From Camelus dromedarius (Eukaryota): 64,000 nucleotides of DNA. The notes beneath the pieces were generated by a model. The model made no database searches. It worked only from the letters and a program-made list of their open reading frames with translations, and was not told where the DNA came from. Made by a program: the position numbers and the translations under genes. Where the stretch lies: contig NC_087437.1 in the NCBI RefSeq assembly GCF_036321535.1, forward strand, positions 48,486,001 to 48,550,000, written 5' to 3'. Shown piece after piece: positions 12,948-26,217 of this stretch. Numbering within the stretch: position 1 is the stretch's first letter; every line of letters begins with the position of its first letter.

Positions 12948-13415
12948 AGTCGACTGAAGAAAAATGCACAGCCTAAAAGTCTGAAAGTCAAGTTTTATTT
13001 GCAGATCTTACTGAGAACTACAGCCCAGGAGACAGCTTCTCGGATAGCTCTGAGAAACTTCTCTGAAGAAGTAAGACAGGGGACAGAATGTATAGGAGTT
13101 TTTGCTAAAAAAAAAAAAAAGTGGTCAAACATCAAAAGATAACTGCTAATCACAAAAAAACAGACATCTCAAGTTAACTATTTTAGTGCTTTTCTATGTA
13201 TGGGAAGATGCAAGAGTTTGAGCTCACTGAAATTATTCTTTATATACGCATCTTAACTACCTAAGGCTAGCATCCAGGGAACAGAATGGTTCCTGTTTTT
13301 CTCTGTACTGAATTCCCCTCAGGGAACACCATCAGGGTGGCTGTAGTGGCTGATGGTTTGGTAGCAGACAACATTCTTTGTTTACTGGAATGGCAGGTAA
13401 CATTCCCTTTCCACA
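12948..13415 (-). mobile_element. ERV1 solo LTR, MER41/LTR39-related (cetartiodactyl type)
   Basis: ~470 bp ending in CA, with 4-bp TSD GTAC/GTAT. Internal motifs TTTTAGTGCTTTTCTATGTATGGGAAGATGCAAGAGT and CTGAATTCCCCTCAGGG are typical of this family. Confidence 0.75.
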
Positions 13416-13959
13416 GTATTTTGAAGAAGAAGTGATCTTAGAGATGATGATATGTCATGTAAAAGGGTATGGTCAAAACGCTAAAAAATAATAATAAGCC
13501 TTGATTATACCTTAACATAAAAATGGGAACCATTTTAGGTTTATGAAAAGAAAGTGATGAAGGTAGTAGTTTTGCAAGATTAAACTGCAGAGGATGGGCA
13601 GATGTAAAGGAAAACATGAGGCCAGAAATTATGTGAAAAGAAGAATTATGTGAAATTATTTGAGAGAAGATGCACGAATAGGAATTAGTAGTCATATGGG
13701 AAAAGAAGAGTCAGCGCTACAGGTTCAAAATCTGTGCAAAGGAATTTAATTTAGTTGCCAGCATAATTCCTCCTTTATTACCTAAACTGGGTTTCCCACA
13801 AAGGTGACCTAAAACCAGCTACTTTGATGAGGCTTTGACAAGTGGGAATTAAAGTGTTCTGGATACCTAAATTATCATCTCCATCTTTATAAAGAGGACT
13901 GTGGGAGGCCAGGACTACTAGAGGAAGTGATTCAGATGGTCTACCATTTTAAATTTCAG

Positions 13960-14500
13960 TTGATAGGTAAGAGAGGAGAAACTAAAGACAATGCTAAAGT
14001 TTCAACATAAATGACTAGGAGAATAATGATGTCATTAACATAAATAGCAAACTCCAGAAGGAAGTCTGGTTTGGAGAGGAATATGAGTTTATATTTAAAC
14101 CAGCTGAAAGTGAAATGGCAGCAGGACACCCAAGTGGATAGTTACTGAAGTCTACTGAAAACCTGGACCTGAAGCCCACAGGATACGCCAAAACTTTAGG
14201 AGAGCAATACAGCTTTGGAAATCAGTTTCAAAGGAGAATATTAAAGCCATGGAATTCTAAGGGGAAAGAAAAGAATAAAGATAGAAGAGGGTCAAGGAAA
14301 AAACCTTGGGGAAGTTCTACATAAACAGAATAAATAGGAAGAAGAGTCTTAATAAGAGTCTGATGAAATATTTGAGAGGCATTAAGAGAACCAAAGCAAA
14401 GACATCAATAAAGAAGCTTATAAACATGAGAATTTGTGAATGTGGTCAAAATACACTGAATGGTCCAAAGAGTGAAGACTAGGGAAAGCTCACTACATTA
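13960..14500 (-). mobile_element. LINE-2 fragment
   Basis: Purine-rich antisense L2 motifs (ATGACTAGGAGAATAATGATGTCATTAAC, GACACCCAAGTGGATAG, AAACCTTGGGGAAG). Confidence 0.65.
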
Positions 14501-14880
14501 GCTTGGATCTAGGTATGGCTATGTGATTTATACAAAGTAGACATTTATTTCCCTTGTAGTCTAGAGAAGGGTGACCCTGCTTTATAAAGTTGTTACGAAC
14601 CCAATCTCTTTACTGCTCCTAGGACGTTGCTTGCTTGCTTTGTATGGTTCCTGATAGCTTCTCAAAGTATTCACATTCTAGGAAGCCATCTGGAGAAAGG
14701 GAAGGAAGGAGGTGTGACCCAGAAGTGGCACACATCACTTTCCTTCACATTCTTTTGTGTAGGACTTATTCATATGGCTACAATTAGCTGAAATGTAGGC
14801 TGTAGCTGAATTATTCATGTACATAACTAAAAAAAAATCTATAATAATAGAAGAAGAGGAGGACAAACATTCACTGCCAC
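14500..14880 (-). mobile_element. ERVL-MaLR LTR fragment (MLT1J/K-like)
   Basis: CCCAGAAGTGGCACACATCACTTTCCTTCACATTC...CATATGGCTACAATTAGCTG. Confidence 0.6.
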
Positions 14881-14959
14881 TGTCAGTGAATTTCCTTGAT
14901 CTTTAGTTTAATTTAGATGACTATTCTTTACACTATCAAAGTACCTGATCCTAGTATAT

Positions 14960-15124
14960 ACTACAATGACCTGAATTATTTTGTTTAAACATTTCCCTTT
15001 TCAGACTATCAGCACTGTGAGGGCATGGAATATAACTTATTCATCTTTATATTCCTACTCCTAAAGATAATGCCTGGTACTAATATGTGCTAAGTAAATC
15101 AATAATATTAGATGAATGAATGAA
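14960..15124 (+). mobile_element. LINE-2 3' end
   Basis: AGACTATCAGCACTGTGAGGGCATGG...ATGCCTGGTAC...GATGAATGAATGAA. Confidence 0.75.
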
Positions 15125-15849
15125 AGAGACAACATTAAAAGTAGATCCAACTTTTGTAATTTAAGTGATAAAGAATGAAAAACTATTTCCTCTAGTGAAC
15201 GTAGAAATGTTATTGCATTTTTTCAGATACCATAAAAAGTTTGTTTTAAAATTTCTTTGAAATAATTAACATAATAAGCACTGTGCCTTAGACAAGAAAC
15301 AGTTTCAGAGGACAGAACATCTAAATGAATTGACCAAAACAGTAAGTAAGGAAAGTACAGGTGTTCAATATCCATTATGTGAATACATACAGTAAAAACC
15401 TATGTCTGTGACTTGCACTTTTATTCATCCTTTACTAAAAGCTGCTCCTTCCCTGGATATTCTGATCCAGAAAATCTTGAACTTTTCATGGGTAAACATA
15501 CTTAAGGGTATTAATTTATTCAGGTATAATAGTACTCAGCATCTCCCATTGAGTGAGTTTTCCTTAGTGAATGAAGCACCGTAAAATATATATTTCAGAC
15601 TAGATTAACACATAGGTTTTAATTGGAAGGACCTCAGTTTGTGGTAAAAGCAGCTTTCGCCTATGATCCTAAGTTGCCTTAAAATCAGGAGACACTTCTA
15701 GATGAACAGCTAGCAGAGCCATCACTTGGTTTTCAATTATTTCTTTGCCAGTTTGGAAATATACAACTGAGCTCAAAAACTTTAAAATTAACTTGAAACC
15801 CCAGGAAAGACTCAGGAGCAAAACTAGATTAAAGCCTGAGCCCTATAAG

Positions 15850-18800
15850 GAAAAAAAAAAAGACTTCTGCAGTCAGTTGATAGTATGCTTTACAATGAAT
15901 AAAAACAAAATCTCAATAAAAAATCAGCACTAGAAGTATCCTTTCCTAATATTGTAAAGATTATATATCTTCACCCAGCAGCCAAAATCACTGTAATGCT
16001 GAAATATTAAAGTCAGTCTCATTAAAGTCCAGAATAAATACAGGCATTCTGAAGTTCTGAAAAGTATTAAGAAATTGGAAGAAAATACTAAGAGTATAAT
16101 TCATTGCATAAAATACGATTATATATCCAGAACTTCCAGAAAATCATCAAAAAAGCTTAAAATTAATAAGAGAATTATGAAAAGTAACTGCAAATAAGTC
16201 TCTCTCTAGGCAAACATATACATATTTGTATGGATATACACACATACATATACATATACATATAAAATATATATATTGTTTATAACAAATCATCAATAGT
16301 TAGCAAATATAATAAAAACAAGATTCTTCACATAACAATAAACAAAACAAAAACCAAACCATATAATATACAGTATCTAGGAGCAACCTTAATGTGATAT
16401 ATAAGAGTTATATGAACAAGATGGCAAAACACACGAGCAAGAAGGGAAAATGTATTTTGTTTCTATACTATACATTTAGATATAATTGGCTAATAAAGAT
16501 AGCAGAGATATCAATTCTTCAGATTTAGTATAGTTTAATATAATTTGGCTTAATATAATTCTGTCAACCTCTCAATATTGAAGTATAATTCTAATAGGGA
16601 AGTCCAAAGAATATAAAATAAAAATTAGGTAAATTTTGGCTTATAGAAGACCCTCTGAATACAATTATCAAAAATAGAAGCCAACAAATATAAAAATCTA
16701 AAGCTTCTATATAAAAATACACACATTTATATATACATAAAATGGCAAAAGGCAAAGTGAAAAATCTTCAACACTCAAAACTGGCAAAAAGCAACATATT
16801 CCTGTGGAAGACTTTGCTAATGCCTAGCCTGTATCTATATGATGCTTCTTCTTCGCTTCAAGAACCCATGTTGTATTTGGGACAACAATGTGTCCAACTA
16901 TTTCTTTACTCTGGTAATTAGAGATAGCCATGTAACCTAGTCTGGCCAATGAGATATAAGCAAAACTTTCTGGATGGCGTTTCTAGGAAAATTATGTTTT
17001 CCTTATCTAAAGAAAGATTTCCTTATCCTTATCTTAAGAATGAATACCTTTTGCCATCTATTCTTTCTCTCTTCCTTCCTGAAATATGAATCTCATGCCT
17101 AGAGGTAGAACAACTATATTTGACCATAAGAAAATAAAAGTCACATGCCAATAAGAGTGAAGCATCAAGAAAGAAGTCTACTTCCTTGAGTGCCTGCACC
17201 AGCCCTGGAATACCACTGCTGAACTTGTTGTGTGAGAAAAAACATATACTCTTATTTAATTAAGGTACACTATTTGGTTTTTGTTCCGTGTAGTTAAACT
17301 GAAAAAAAATTTTCAAACAATTTTTTAAAGAAAAAGATAAATACTCTGTTAGGGAAAAATTGAACTAAACATACAACATATAATTTTAAAACTATAAAAA
17401 TCAAATATGAAAAGGTATTGAAAATCACTAACAACAGAAAAAAATTTAAACAAGCTGCCATTATTAAAACATCAAGATGCAAAAAAGTTTAAAAACAAAG
17501 GGTAGCATTCAGTGTGGTGGTGGATGTGGAAACTGTCATACATGGCTGATGAGAGTGTGAATTAGTAAAATCATTCATAAAGCATTTTTTCAGTATGACT
17601 TATTATACTTTAAAATATACATGTTCTTTGACTCATAATTCTAAATGTAAAAATAAAGCCACAAAACTTCGAGATGAAACCATAAGACAAAATCTGTGTG
17701 ACCTTGGGTTAGGTGATGAGTTTCCAGATATGACACTAATAGCATACTCCATAAAAAAAGTCAGTAAGTTAAAATTAAATTAAATTAAATTAAATTAAAA
17801 CCTTTTTCTCTGTGAAAGACACCATTAAGAGAATGAAAAGACAAGCCACAGGCCAGAAGAAAATATTTACAGATTACGTATCTGATAAAGATATTTCCAG
17901 AACAGATAAAAAAAACTCAACTAACCAGTAAGAAAACAAATAACACAAGAAAAAATAACTGGCAAAAGAGCTGAACAGTCACTTTATCAAAGAAGATACA
18001 TGGATATCAAATGAACATATGAAAGGATGCTCAACATCATTATTAATTAGGGAAAAGCAAATTAAAATCACAATGCAATACCAGTGTGCACCTATAGTAT
18101 GGTTCAATTACAAAGCAAAACCAAAGAGAGCATAAACAGCAACTGCTACTAAGGATGCAGAATAACAGGAATCTCCCATTCTTTGAAGGTAGGAGTGCAA
18201 AATGTTATAGTTACATTGGAAAATAGTTTTGTATACAGTTAAACATACATTTACCATGACTGTAAAATCTCAAGCACATTGAGAATGAATGAACCAGAAC
18301 TGCATGCAACAAAATGGGTAAATCTCAACGCAATGTTAATGAAGAGAAGCCATACACAAGAGTACATATTTTATGATTCCATTTATGTGAAGTTCTAAAA
18401 CAGGCTAAACTGGCTGATGGTGTTAGAAACGGTTATGGCCCTGGGGTGTATGGTAGTTACTTGTGCATGAGATGAATTTATAAGAAGAATTCTGGAGTGC
18501 TGGTAATGTTTTGCTTCTTTATCTGGGTACTAATTACATGAGTATGATCACTCTGTATAAACATAAGCTGTACATATATGATTTATAAACTTTTTTATAT
18601 GTATGTCCTTCAATAAAAAGTCTACTAAAAGGGCAGAGGAGGTTGGTTAAATCATCATATATCCATGCAATGAAGTATTCTTCAATCATTAAAATATTAC
18701 AGTATGCTATTGGTATGAAAATACAAGTAAGTTGTAAAATAATGTAGTATGAGCCCATTTTACAAAAACTTTAAAAGTGTGTACATAAAAATAATCTGAA

Positions 18801-19560
18801 AGACTATAAAATGAGATGTTAATTTTGGCTGGGCATGGATGCTTTGCATTCTTTGCCTGAACATTCATTGTTTAATTCTTGTGTGATGAACATATATTAA
18901 TTTTGCATAATAAAAGTTTTTAATTCATATGGAAAAAAGTTTAAAAGGAGCTCTTACTTTATAAGATATCAAATATAGAATAATTAAACAGCATAGCAGT
19001 AGATATGTGAGTAAGTGAAAGAGAATAGATAATCCAACAACAGACAGAATTTTTCCTATGGTAAAAGTTGTGCTAAAAATATGCATAAAAGAAGGGATAC
19101 TTCATAAATAGCACAAAAAGAACACTTTGGAAAAAATAAATTTAGAGCTACACTCCATGTAAAAAAATTAATTTCTCAAAAATCTAGAAGTAAATATTAA
19201 AAACAATCAAGCAACAAAAAACATAGTACAGGGAAATATTCCTTGATTGTGAAGGGGCTTTTTAAAAAAAGACTATATAGGTTTGACTACATTAAATAAA
19301 AGGCTTTTATACTTCAAAAGAAAACATCACCAAGATTAAATACAAACAACAAACTGTGAACAACGTTTGGTGTAAGTATGGCATATAAACGACATGTATA
19401 GTTGATATTTAATATCTCAGAGAAACTTGTAAGAAATTCATGTAGATGTCAATCAAAAAGTAAGAAAAGAGCATGAAATCATGAATCACAGAAAAGAAAA
19501 TATAAATGTCCAGTAAACACATAAAGATGGCTACACAGATTCCAGAATATCCCTCTGATA
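15850..19560 (+). mobile_element. Cluster of old L1MC/L1ME fragments (ORF2 end and 3'UTRs)
   Basis: AATCTGTGTGACCTTGGGTTAGG, AAAGACACCATTAAGAGAATGAAAAGACAAGCCACAG, GATGCTCAACATCATTATTAATTAGGGAAA, TATGATTCCATTTATGTGAAGTTCTAAAACAGGC. Confidence 0.75.
16803..17300 (+). mobile_element. ERVL-MaLR solo LTR, MLT1J-like
   Basis: GGACAACAATGTGTCCAACT...GCCATGTAACCTAGTCTGGCCAATGAGATATAAGC...TTGTTGTGTGAGAAAAAAC. Confidence 0.75.
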
Positions 19561-19662
19561 CTGTGATAAACAAAACTAAGCAAAAGAAAACTGGCATACA
19601 AGTAATCTGTTTTTAGTAGCAGCAACCAAACAAGAAAAAATTATAACCTAATGTCAGACAAG

Positions 19663-20360
19663 CACTTCCACTTACAGCCAACAAGTAAGAGGAATCACAT
19701 TTGGCCTCCCACCAGGAACAATTAAAACAGGACAAAATATATGAAATAATAGTTTTCAAGATATCAGTCATCAGACAAGAAAAGTGATCGTTGAGAAATG
19801 GGAAACAAATGAGGCGAATCCTAAAACTGCTTCATTTTACTGCTTTGAGAGAGTTTCAAGGCCACTATTCTGCAAGGAAGAACCAAAGCAGACCCCATAG
19901 GCATCAACAACTGAGGAGATTCTGCTGATACTCTGGAGAGACTAAAAAGCTAGAATTCTCAATATAGAGAGTACCATTAAGGAGACAGCTGTACAGAAAT
20001 TTCCAGAGATCTTCGGAAGATACACTTTGAGTCTTCAGTTATATACTGATCAGCTTAGGAGGAAACTACCTGAGGCCAGGGAAACAACCTCACAGAAATA
20101 TTAGAAGGAATAATTCTAGGAGCTCACAGGGTCAGGAGTAGTCCCTGTTCCCAACAGCAGGAGTAAACAACTGCATAGTTCACGGAGCATCCAGCAGGGT
20201 ACTCAAAAGTTTTGCCTCAGCAGTGAGGAAAATTAACCTTCGACTACATTCTGCTCTGATCCTGCCTAACAGAGCTTAAATGCAAAACCCAAAATGAATC
20301 CAACTATTGCCAAGTAACTTAACTGTATCCCCAGAACAAAGTACAAAAATATTTCTAAGA
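19663..20360 (+). mobile_element. Old L1 (L1M4/L1MD-type) 5' region
   Basis: ACTTCCACTTACAGCC...GACAAAATATATGAAATAATAGTTTTCAAG...GAGATGGGAAACAAATGAGG-like motifs, CCTAACAGAGCTTAAATGCAA. Confidence 0.6.
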
Positions 20361-20419
20361 ATAGTGATTTCTAATTCTGCTCTTCCAATTGTCACATATA
20401 TATATATGTATATATCTCT

Positions 20420-20820
20420 TTTAAAACTTCTCATTATGGAAAATGTCAAACAAAATCAAAAGAAAGAAGAATAGCATAATAAATTCCCACAGATGCATTA
20501 CTCAACTTCAACAATTGTAAACTTTATAGTGTACAATTCAATGCTGTCTTTGCTGTTAACCACACTCCCACCACATCAAAATCGGATTATTGTGAAGCCA
20601 ATCCTTGGTATCATATCATTTCACCTACAAATATCTAAAGACAAGGTCTCTTTTTAAAAACATAATCACAGCATAACTTCACCTCAAAACATTGATCATA
20701 ATTCCCTAATATAATCAAATAGATGATCAATGTTCTAATTTTCCAAATTATCTCATAAATATTTCTTTATAGTCTATTATTTGATTAAAATGAAGTCAAT
20801 ACTTGCATTTGCCTATTGTG
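20420..20820 (-). mobile_element. L1MC4/5-type 3'UTR fragment
   Basis: TTATGGAAAATGTCAAAC...GGATTATTGTGAAGCCAATCC...CATATCATTTCACCTACAAATA. Confidence 0.6.
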
Positions 20821-20829
20821 TATCCTAAA

Positions 20830-20962
20830 TAGGGTGACTTTATAATTTATTGTCCAAACTGGGACAATATCTGTGAGTGAAAAGGAGCACTATTAATAAT
20901 TATGCCAGAAAATCAGCTTAAATCACAATAATCACAGGCAAACTGAAATGAGTGATCACCAT
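20830..20962 (+). mobile_element. hAT-Blackjack MITE, MER94-like
   Basis: AGGGTGAC..TATAATTTATTGTCCAAACTGGGAC...GAGTGAAAAGGAGCACTATTAATAATTATGCC...GATCACCATA. Confidence 0.75.
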
Positions 20963-21929
20963 ATTCTTAAATCTTATATTCTTTCATTCATTTTTACCAG
21001 CACTCCCACTTGTCTGAAAAATATACACCCCTCCGCCATCATGCTTTACATACTTAGACTGAATTAAAAACTGGAATACTGGCCCTAAACAACAAATGGA
21101 GAAAAGCATCTATATCTAACTTATGTGTAGTCCCAGATACCAGATGCTAGAAGTTTTCCCCCAAGGACAGCAGGGGAGTAAGAACAAGTCTAAAGGGCTC
21201 CATGGGAATAAAGGGAGATCATGCAAAGCAGGCATGCGTTCCAGCTGTTGGAACTCTAACTACTGAGTGGAACAGATGATACATTCCAGGACATTTTTCC
21301 CTTGGGCCATGTAAATTTTAGGATTGAAATATCTAGCAGAATAAAAATAGGTTCTGAATAAAATTATAGCATATTGAATATGAATAAATTTGGCTCTAAT
21401 AGACTAATAAAATAGACTGCGTTATCGTTTAGCCAGTTTTTACATAAAGGAAACAGTATTATTAAACCCTCACTCCTTAAGCATTTCAGAGGAAACTTTT
21501 TTACTTGATTTTTCAGGTTTCTTATAAGTTAGTTTATTAGAGTAATAGGGGGAATTAATTAGAACAAAAGCATTATATTTTATTTGCAAATAGATTTTTA
21601 ACTCCTTAAGGGCCAGGACCATTTTTTTCTTTCTTGTATTTCATCCAGTGATTGGAATATGAAGGATATTCATATTATGTGCTTATTATCATAAAAAGAA
21701 TGAATGAATGAATGAATGAAAACATTTTATAAGCATAAAAAACATCTTAAACTTTTGTTTAGTCTTCAGTTTCTTTATTACTGAGTCTGCAGACACAACC
21801 AAAAATTTCAAGTTGTTTCTTGGAAATTGATCTATCTCTCTTGAGTATCCCACTGATAACATGAGCAGCTTATACAAACCACACAGAAAGGTATTGAGGC
21901 CTTCCATTTGCACAAGACAAGAGAGAGAC

Positions 21930-22182
21930 CTTATTTCTTAATCTTTTCTTCTCTTCCTTGGTTCTCCTGTCTTTGCTAGTTACTTTTTAATGGTCATCAT
22001 AAGTTTCTCTTAAATAGCAGTCTGTTGCTCAGACATTTCAACTGCGGCCATCTCCTTATAGGACATCATGAATGTTTTAGGTAGTTTGGGTTGAGAATTT
22101 CCCAGCCTTGCTTTTTTGCTTTTTCTTTATTTACTGCTTGACCCCATTGTTTCAGTTTCCAGTAAGTCTTGTCACTTCTATA
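21930..22182 (-). pseudogene. Candidate decayed exon
   Basis: Pyrimidine-rich acceptor ttctttcttattag|. The phase-0 frame opens YRSDKTYWKLKQWGQAVNKEKAKKQGWEILNPNYLKHS* and then hits stops. Donor weak (AG|gtctct). Confidence 0.4.
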
Positions 22183-22547
22183 CTAATAAGAAAGAATGGA
22201 GTCATGCTGCCTTAGATCCCATACCTCATGAGGAACAGGTCTGCTGGCTATATATAAAGCTTTAAATACATAAAGCATCTTGTAAAAGAAATTATCAAAA
22301 TGACATTGGTAATGGTTGAGTAATCTGAAAATTAAAGTACTTCCTAAGGGTCAGTCTAGGGAATCTTGGCTTTAATATTCCTGAAATGAATACTTATCAA
22401 AAGAAAAGTCCTTAAGATAAAGGCAAACCATGGACAATGAAGTATGGAATACTTGTTATAGCTTTAAGATACAGACCAAAGAATGCTACTACTTTTTGAG
22501 TAAATAACGTTTGAACTTTACTTACATACATTGCTACATCTCCTTAC

Positions 22548-22807
22548 CTTTGGCCAGAAGATTCTCCTTGTAAGAGTATCTGTGTTATTATGTTATTTCA
22601 TGCTGCAAAGACAGAGATACTTTGTAAGTTGGATCTCTTCAATCTTATGTCACTCCAGTTTTGTTAGTAATTTTTCATGCTAATCCTCATAGTGCTATAT
22701 ATGCATGCGTGTATTTGGGTATGCACATATTCATTTGTATGCACCCTTGTGAGATGCGAGCTTCTTTTCTTAATTCTTTATTAACCAAAGAGGATCGTAC
22801 TTTTTCC
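22548..22807 (-). pseudogene. Candidate decayed exon
   Basis: Strong donor AAG|gtaagg; acceptor non-optimal (ctttgag). Frame reads KKYDPLWLIKN*EKKLASHKGAYK*...HEKLLTKLE*HKIEEIQLTKYLCLCSMK*HNNTDTLTRRIFWPK. Confidence 0.4.
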
Positions 22808-23859
22808 CTCAAAGTAAGCCAAAGAGAATCATAACATTTTAATGTGGCAAAGTTCCCTAGAGATTTTATAGTTCAATGTCTTCATTTTACAGATGAAGTA
22901 CCTGAAGCCCAGAGGTTAAATGACTAGTCAACTATTACACAGTGCAATTTAAATTGTCCTGCAAGCCTCAGAACATCTCATTCATTGGCCTGCAATGACC
23001 CTAGCCTTCTCCCACCTGGCCTAAAATTCCCATCAGCTTCACAATGCCTGACACTTAAAATACTTATATCAATTAATCAATAGGGGTTGGGTAACTAGAA
23101 TCATTGTTCTTTTATGACATTGTTAGAACTGGGGCTGGAAAGAACTAAGCACAGTTTGTCTTTGATACTCCTTTCGGTCTCTTTCTTACTCTCTTGCTTT
23201 TTTCTTTTGCAGCCTCAGAGGACTCTTTAGCTTCTGAAGTCTGCTCCCAGCACCACTCCTACTGGGGTTTTTAATTCCCAGTAGTGACCCAGATCGTTCT
23301 ACATTACCTCACAGACTAGCCAAACTTATTTGACTTGTGTTCTATTAATCTATGTAACCAGGCCCTGCTATGATAAACTATAATCTAGAGTCCACTACCA
23401 TTTCTCCCAATCTTTCAAATAACCCATTAATATATGACTTGCTAGCATTTCAAATATCAAGGCATAATATAAGTTTCTCTATATCTCATGGTTTTAAACG
23501 TTGATCCTTCAAATGGAGTAATTCTAGAAAAGCAATGACTCCTAGGGAAGTATGTCCCCACACGAAACTCAATCCCTCAACAGTGTACATCAGCTGTCCC
23601 TAGCTGTCTCCCATCAGAATCTATGAATAACTTTTTTCCCTTGACATTCTCCTACATTAATCTTAAGGATTCAAGAGAGGAACATTTTAGTTCTTTATGC
23701 ATAAAATAGCTTATGAACTTTTTCTCTGGCTAATCTAATTGGTCTCTATTTTAGAGTACCAATATGTTATTCATCATTCCTGATACTGTTGGTTTGGTTT
23801 TTTTAAGGCCAGCTCAAGTTTCTTTATCTTAATAATGTAGACAATTATACTCACTAGTA

Positions 23860-24250
23860 ATAGTCACAAGACATTTACTGAATGCTTCCTGTGTATCATT
23901 TCGCTAAATAAGTACATGCTTTGTCTCATGTAACCATTTCAACAACATTTTAACCTATATGCTATTAATATCTCTTGTTTTGTTTATGTGGAAACTGCTG
24001 GGTGTGTGATCTTGGGAAACTCACTTACCTTTTTGGATTTCTCTAAAATGGGGATGATAAAAATACCAGTCTCACTGCGAAATCAATGAAATATCCACAT
24101 AAGATGTTTATCACAGTGCCTGACTTACAGTAAGTGCTCAATAAATAACAGTAAGTATTGAGTAACTCATTCTAGGTCATAGAGCTAGTAAGCTTTAGAG
24201 ATAAGGATCAAAGCCAGGCCATCAGCCTCCAGAGATACACTCTTCTATCT
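23860..24250. mobile_element. Nested MIR SINEs (plus-strand MIR inside a minus-strand MIR)
   Basis: ACATTTACTGAATGCTTCCTGTGT...GGAAACTG | GTGTGATCTTGGGAAACTCACTTACCT...TAAAATGGGATGATAA...AGTAAGTGCTCAATAAAT | GGTCATAGAGCTAGTAAG. Confidence 0.7.
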
Positions 24251-24550
24251 CTAAAGTGGTATGCACAGAACACTTATAAAGGTGGCTATTATCAAAAATG
24301 ATTAACCTAGATTCTGAAACATGAAATCAGCTATATCTTACCATATGCCTTTCCCAAAAGAACTTTAAATTTGATCCCTTAAAATTTCATTTTTAGTTCT
24401 GCTACCTTCTTGAACAAATTTAAAATTATGCAGCAGCAATCTCACATCTATTTAAATACATTATAAATGCTGACACATAGATGTCATCAAAGAAAAACTT
24501 AAGTCCAATACAAAATTAACAAAGCCATACACTTGAAGCAAGGAAACTCA

Positions 24551-26217
24551 TTTTTTTTTTTGAAGTGTAGTTGGCTTATAACATTGTATTAGTTTCAGGT
24601 GTACAGCAAAGTAATTCAGATATATTTGATTATTTTCCACTACAGGTTACTATAAAATATTAAATACAGTCTCCTGTGCTACACAGTAAATCCTTGTTGT
24701 TTATCTACTTTATGTATAGTAGTTTGTATCTGTTAACCCCATACTCCTAATTTATCCCTTCCCTTCTCTCTTTCCCCTTTGGTAACCACATATTTGTTTT
24801 CTATGTTTGTGAGTCTGTTTCTGTTTTATATAGAGATTTACTTGTATTATTTTTTAAGATTCTACATGTAAGTGCTACCACATAATATTTGTCTTTCTCT
24901 GTCTGATTTAATTCACTTGGTAAGATATTCTCTAGGTCCACCCATGTTGCTGCAAATGACAGTATTTCATTCTTTTTTGTGACTGAGTAATATTCCATTG
25001 TGTGTGTATTTATATATACACACACACCACATCTTCTTAAGTGAATCATTTGTTAATGGGTACCTGCGGTTGTTTCCATGTCTTGCTATTGTAAATACTG
25101 CTGCCATGAACATTGGGGTACATGTATCTTTTTGAATTAGAGTTTTCATCTTTCCCAGATATATGCCCAGGAATGGGATTTCTGGATCATATGGCAGCTC
25201 TATTTTTAGTTTTTTAAGAAACCTCCATACTGTTCTCCATAGTGGCTGCACCAATTTATATTCCTACCGCCAGTGTAAAAGGATTCCCTTTCTCCACAAT
25301 GTCTCCAGCATTTATTATTTGTAGACATTTTAATGATAGCCATCCTGACCTGTGTGAACTGATACTGCATTGTAGTTTTGACTTGCATTTTTCTAATAAT
25401 TAGCAATGTTGAGCATCTTTTCATATGCCTGTTGGCACATTCTGTATGAATTCTCTGAAGAAATGTCTATTTAGATCTTCTGCCCTAACATTTTTCACAA
25501 AACTAGAACAAATAATCCTAAAATTTACAAGGAACCATAAAAGATCCAGAATTGCCAGAGCAATACTGAGGAAAAAGAACAAAGCTGGAGGCATAACCCT
25601 CCCAGACTTCACCCAATACTACAAAGCTACAGTAATCAAAGCAGCATGGTACTGGCACAAAAGCAGACTTATAGATCAATAGAACAGAATAGCAAGCCCA
25701 GAAATAAACCCACACACCTACAGTCAATTCATCTATGACAAAGGAGGCAAGAATATACAATGGAGAAAAGACAGTCTCTTCAGCAATTGTTGTTGGGAAA
25801 GCTGGACAGCTGCATGTAAATCAATGAAATTAGAACATTCCTTCACCGCATATACAAAAATAAACTCAAAATGGTTTAGACTTAAATATAAGGCATTACA
25901 TCACAAAACTCCTAGAACAGAATATAGGCAAAACATTCTCTGACATAAATGATAGCAGTTATTTTCTTAGGTGAGTCTCCCAAGGCAGCAAAAATAAACA
26001 AATGGGACCTAATCAAACATAAAAGCTTTTGCAGAGCAAGGGAAACCAAAAACAAAATGAAAAGACAAACTCTGGAATGGGAGAAAATATTTGCAAATGA
26101 TGCAACTGGCAAGGGGTTAATATCCAAAATATAGAAACAGCTCATAAAACTCAATACCAAAAAAACCCAAAAAACAAACAAACAAACAAACAAAAAAATC
26201 AAAAAAAGGGGAGAAGA
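24551..26217 (-). mobile_element. 5'-inverted (twin-primed) LINE-1 with target-site duplication
   Basis: Poly(T) at 24551. 3'UTR and ORF2 end on the minus strand to ~25485, then ORF2 on the plus strand to ~26217. TSD AAACTCATTTTTT at 24544-24556 and 26218-26230. Confidence 0.95.
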
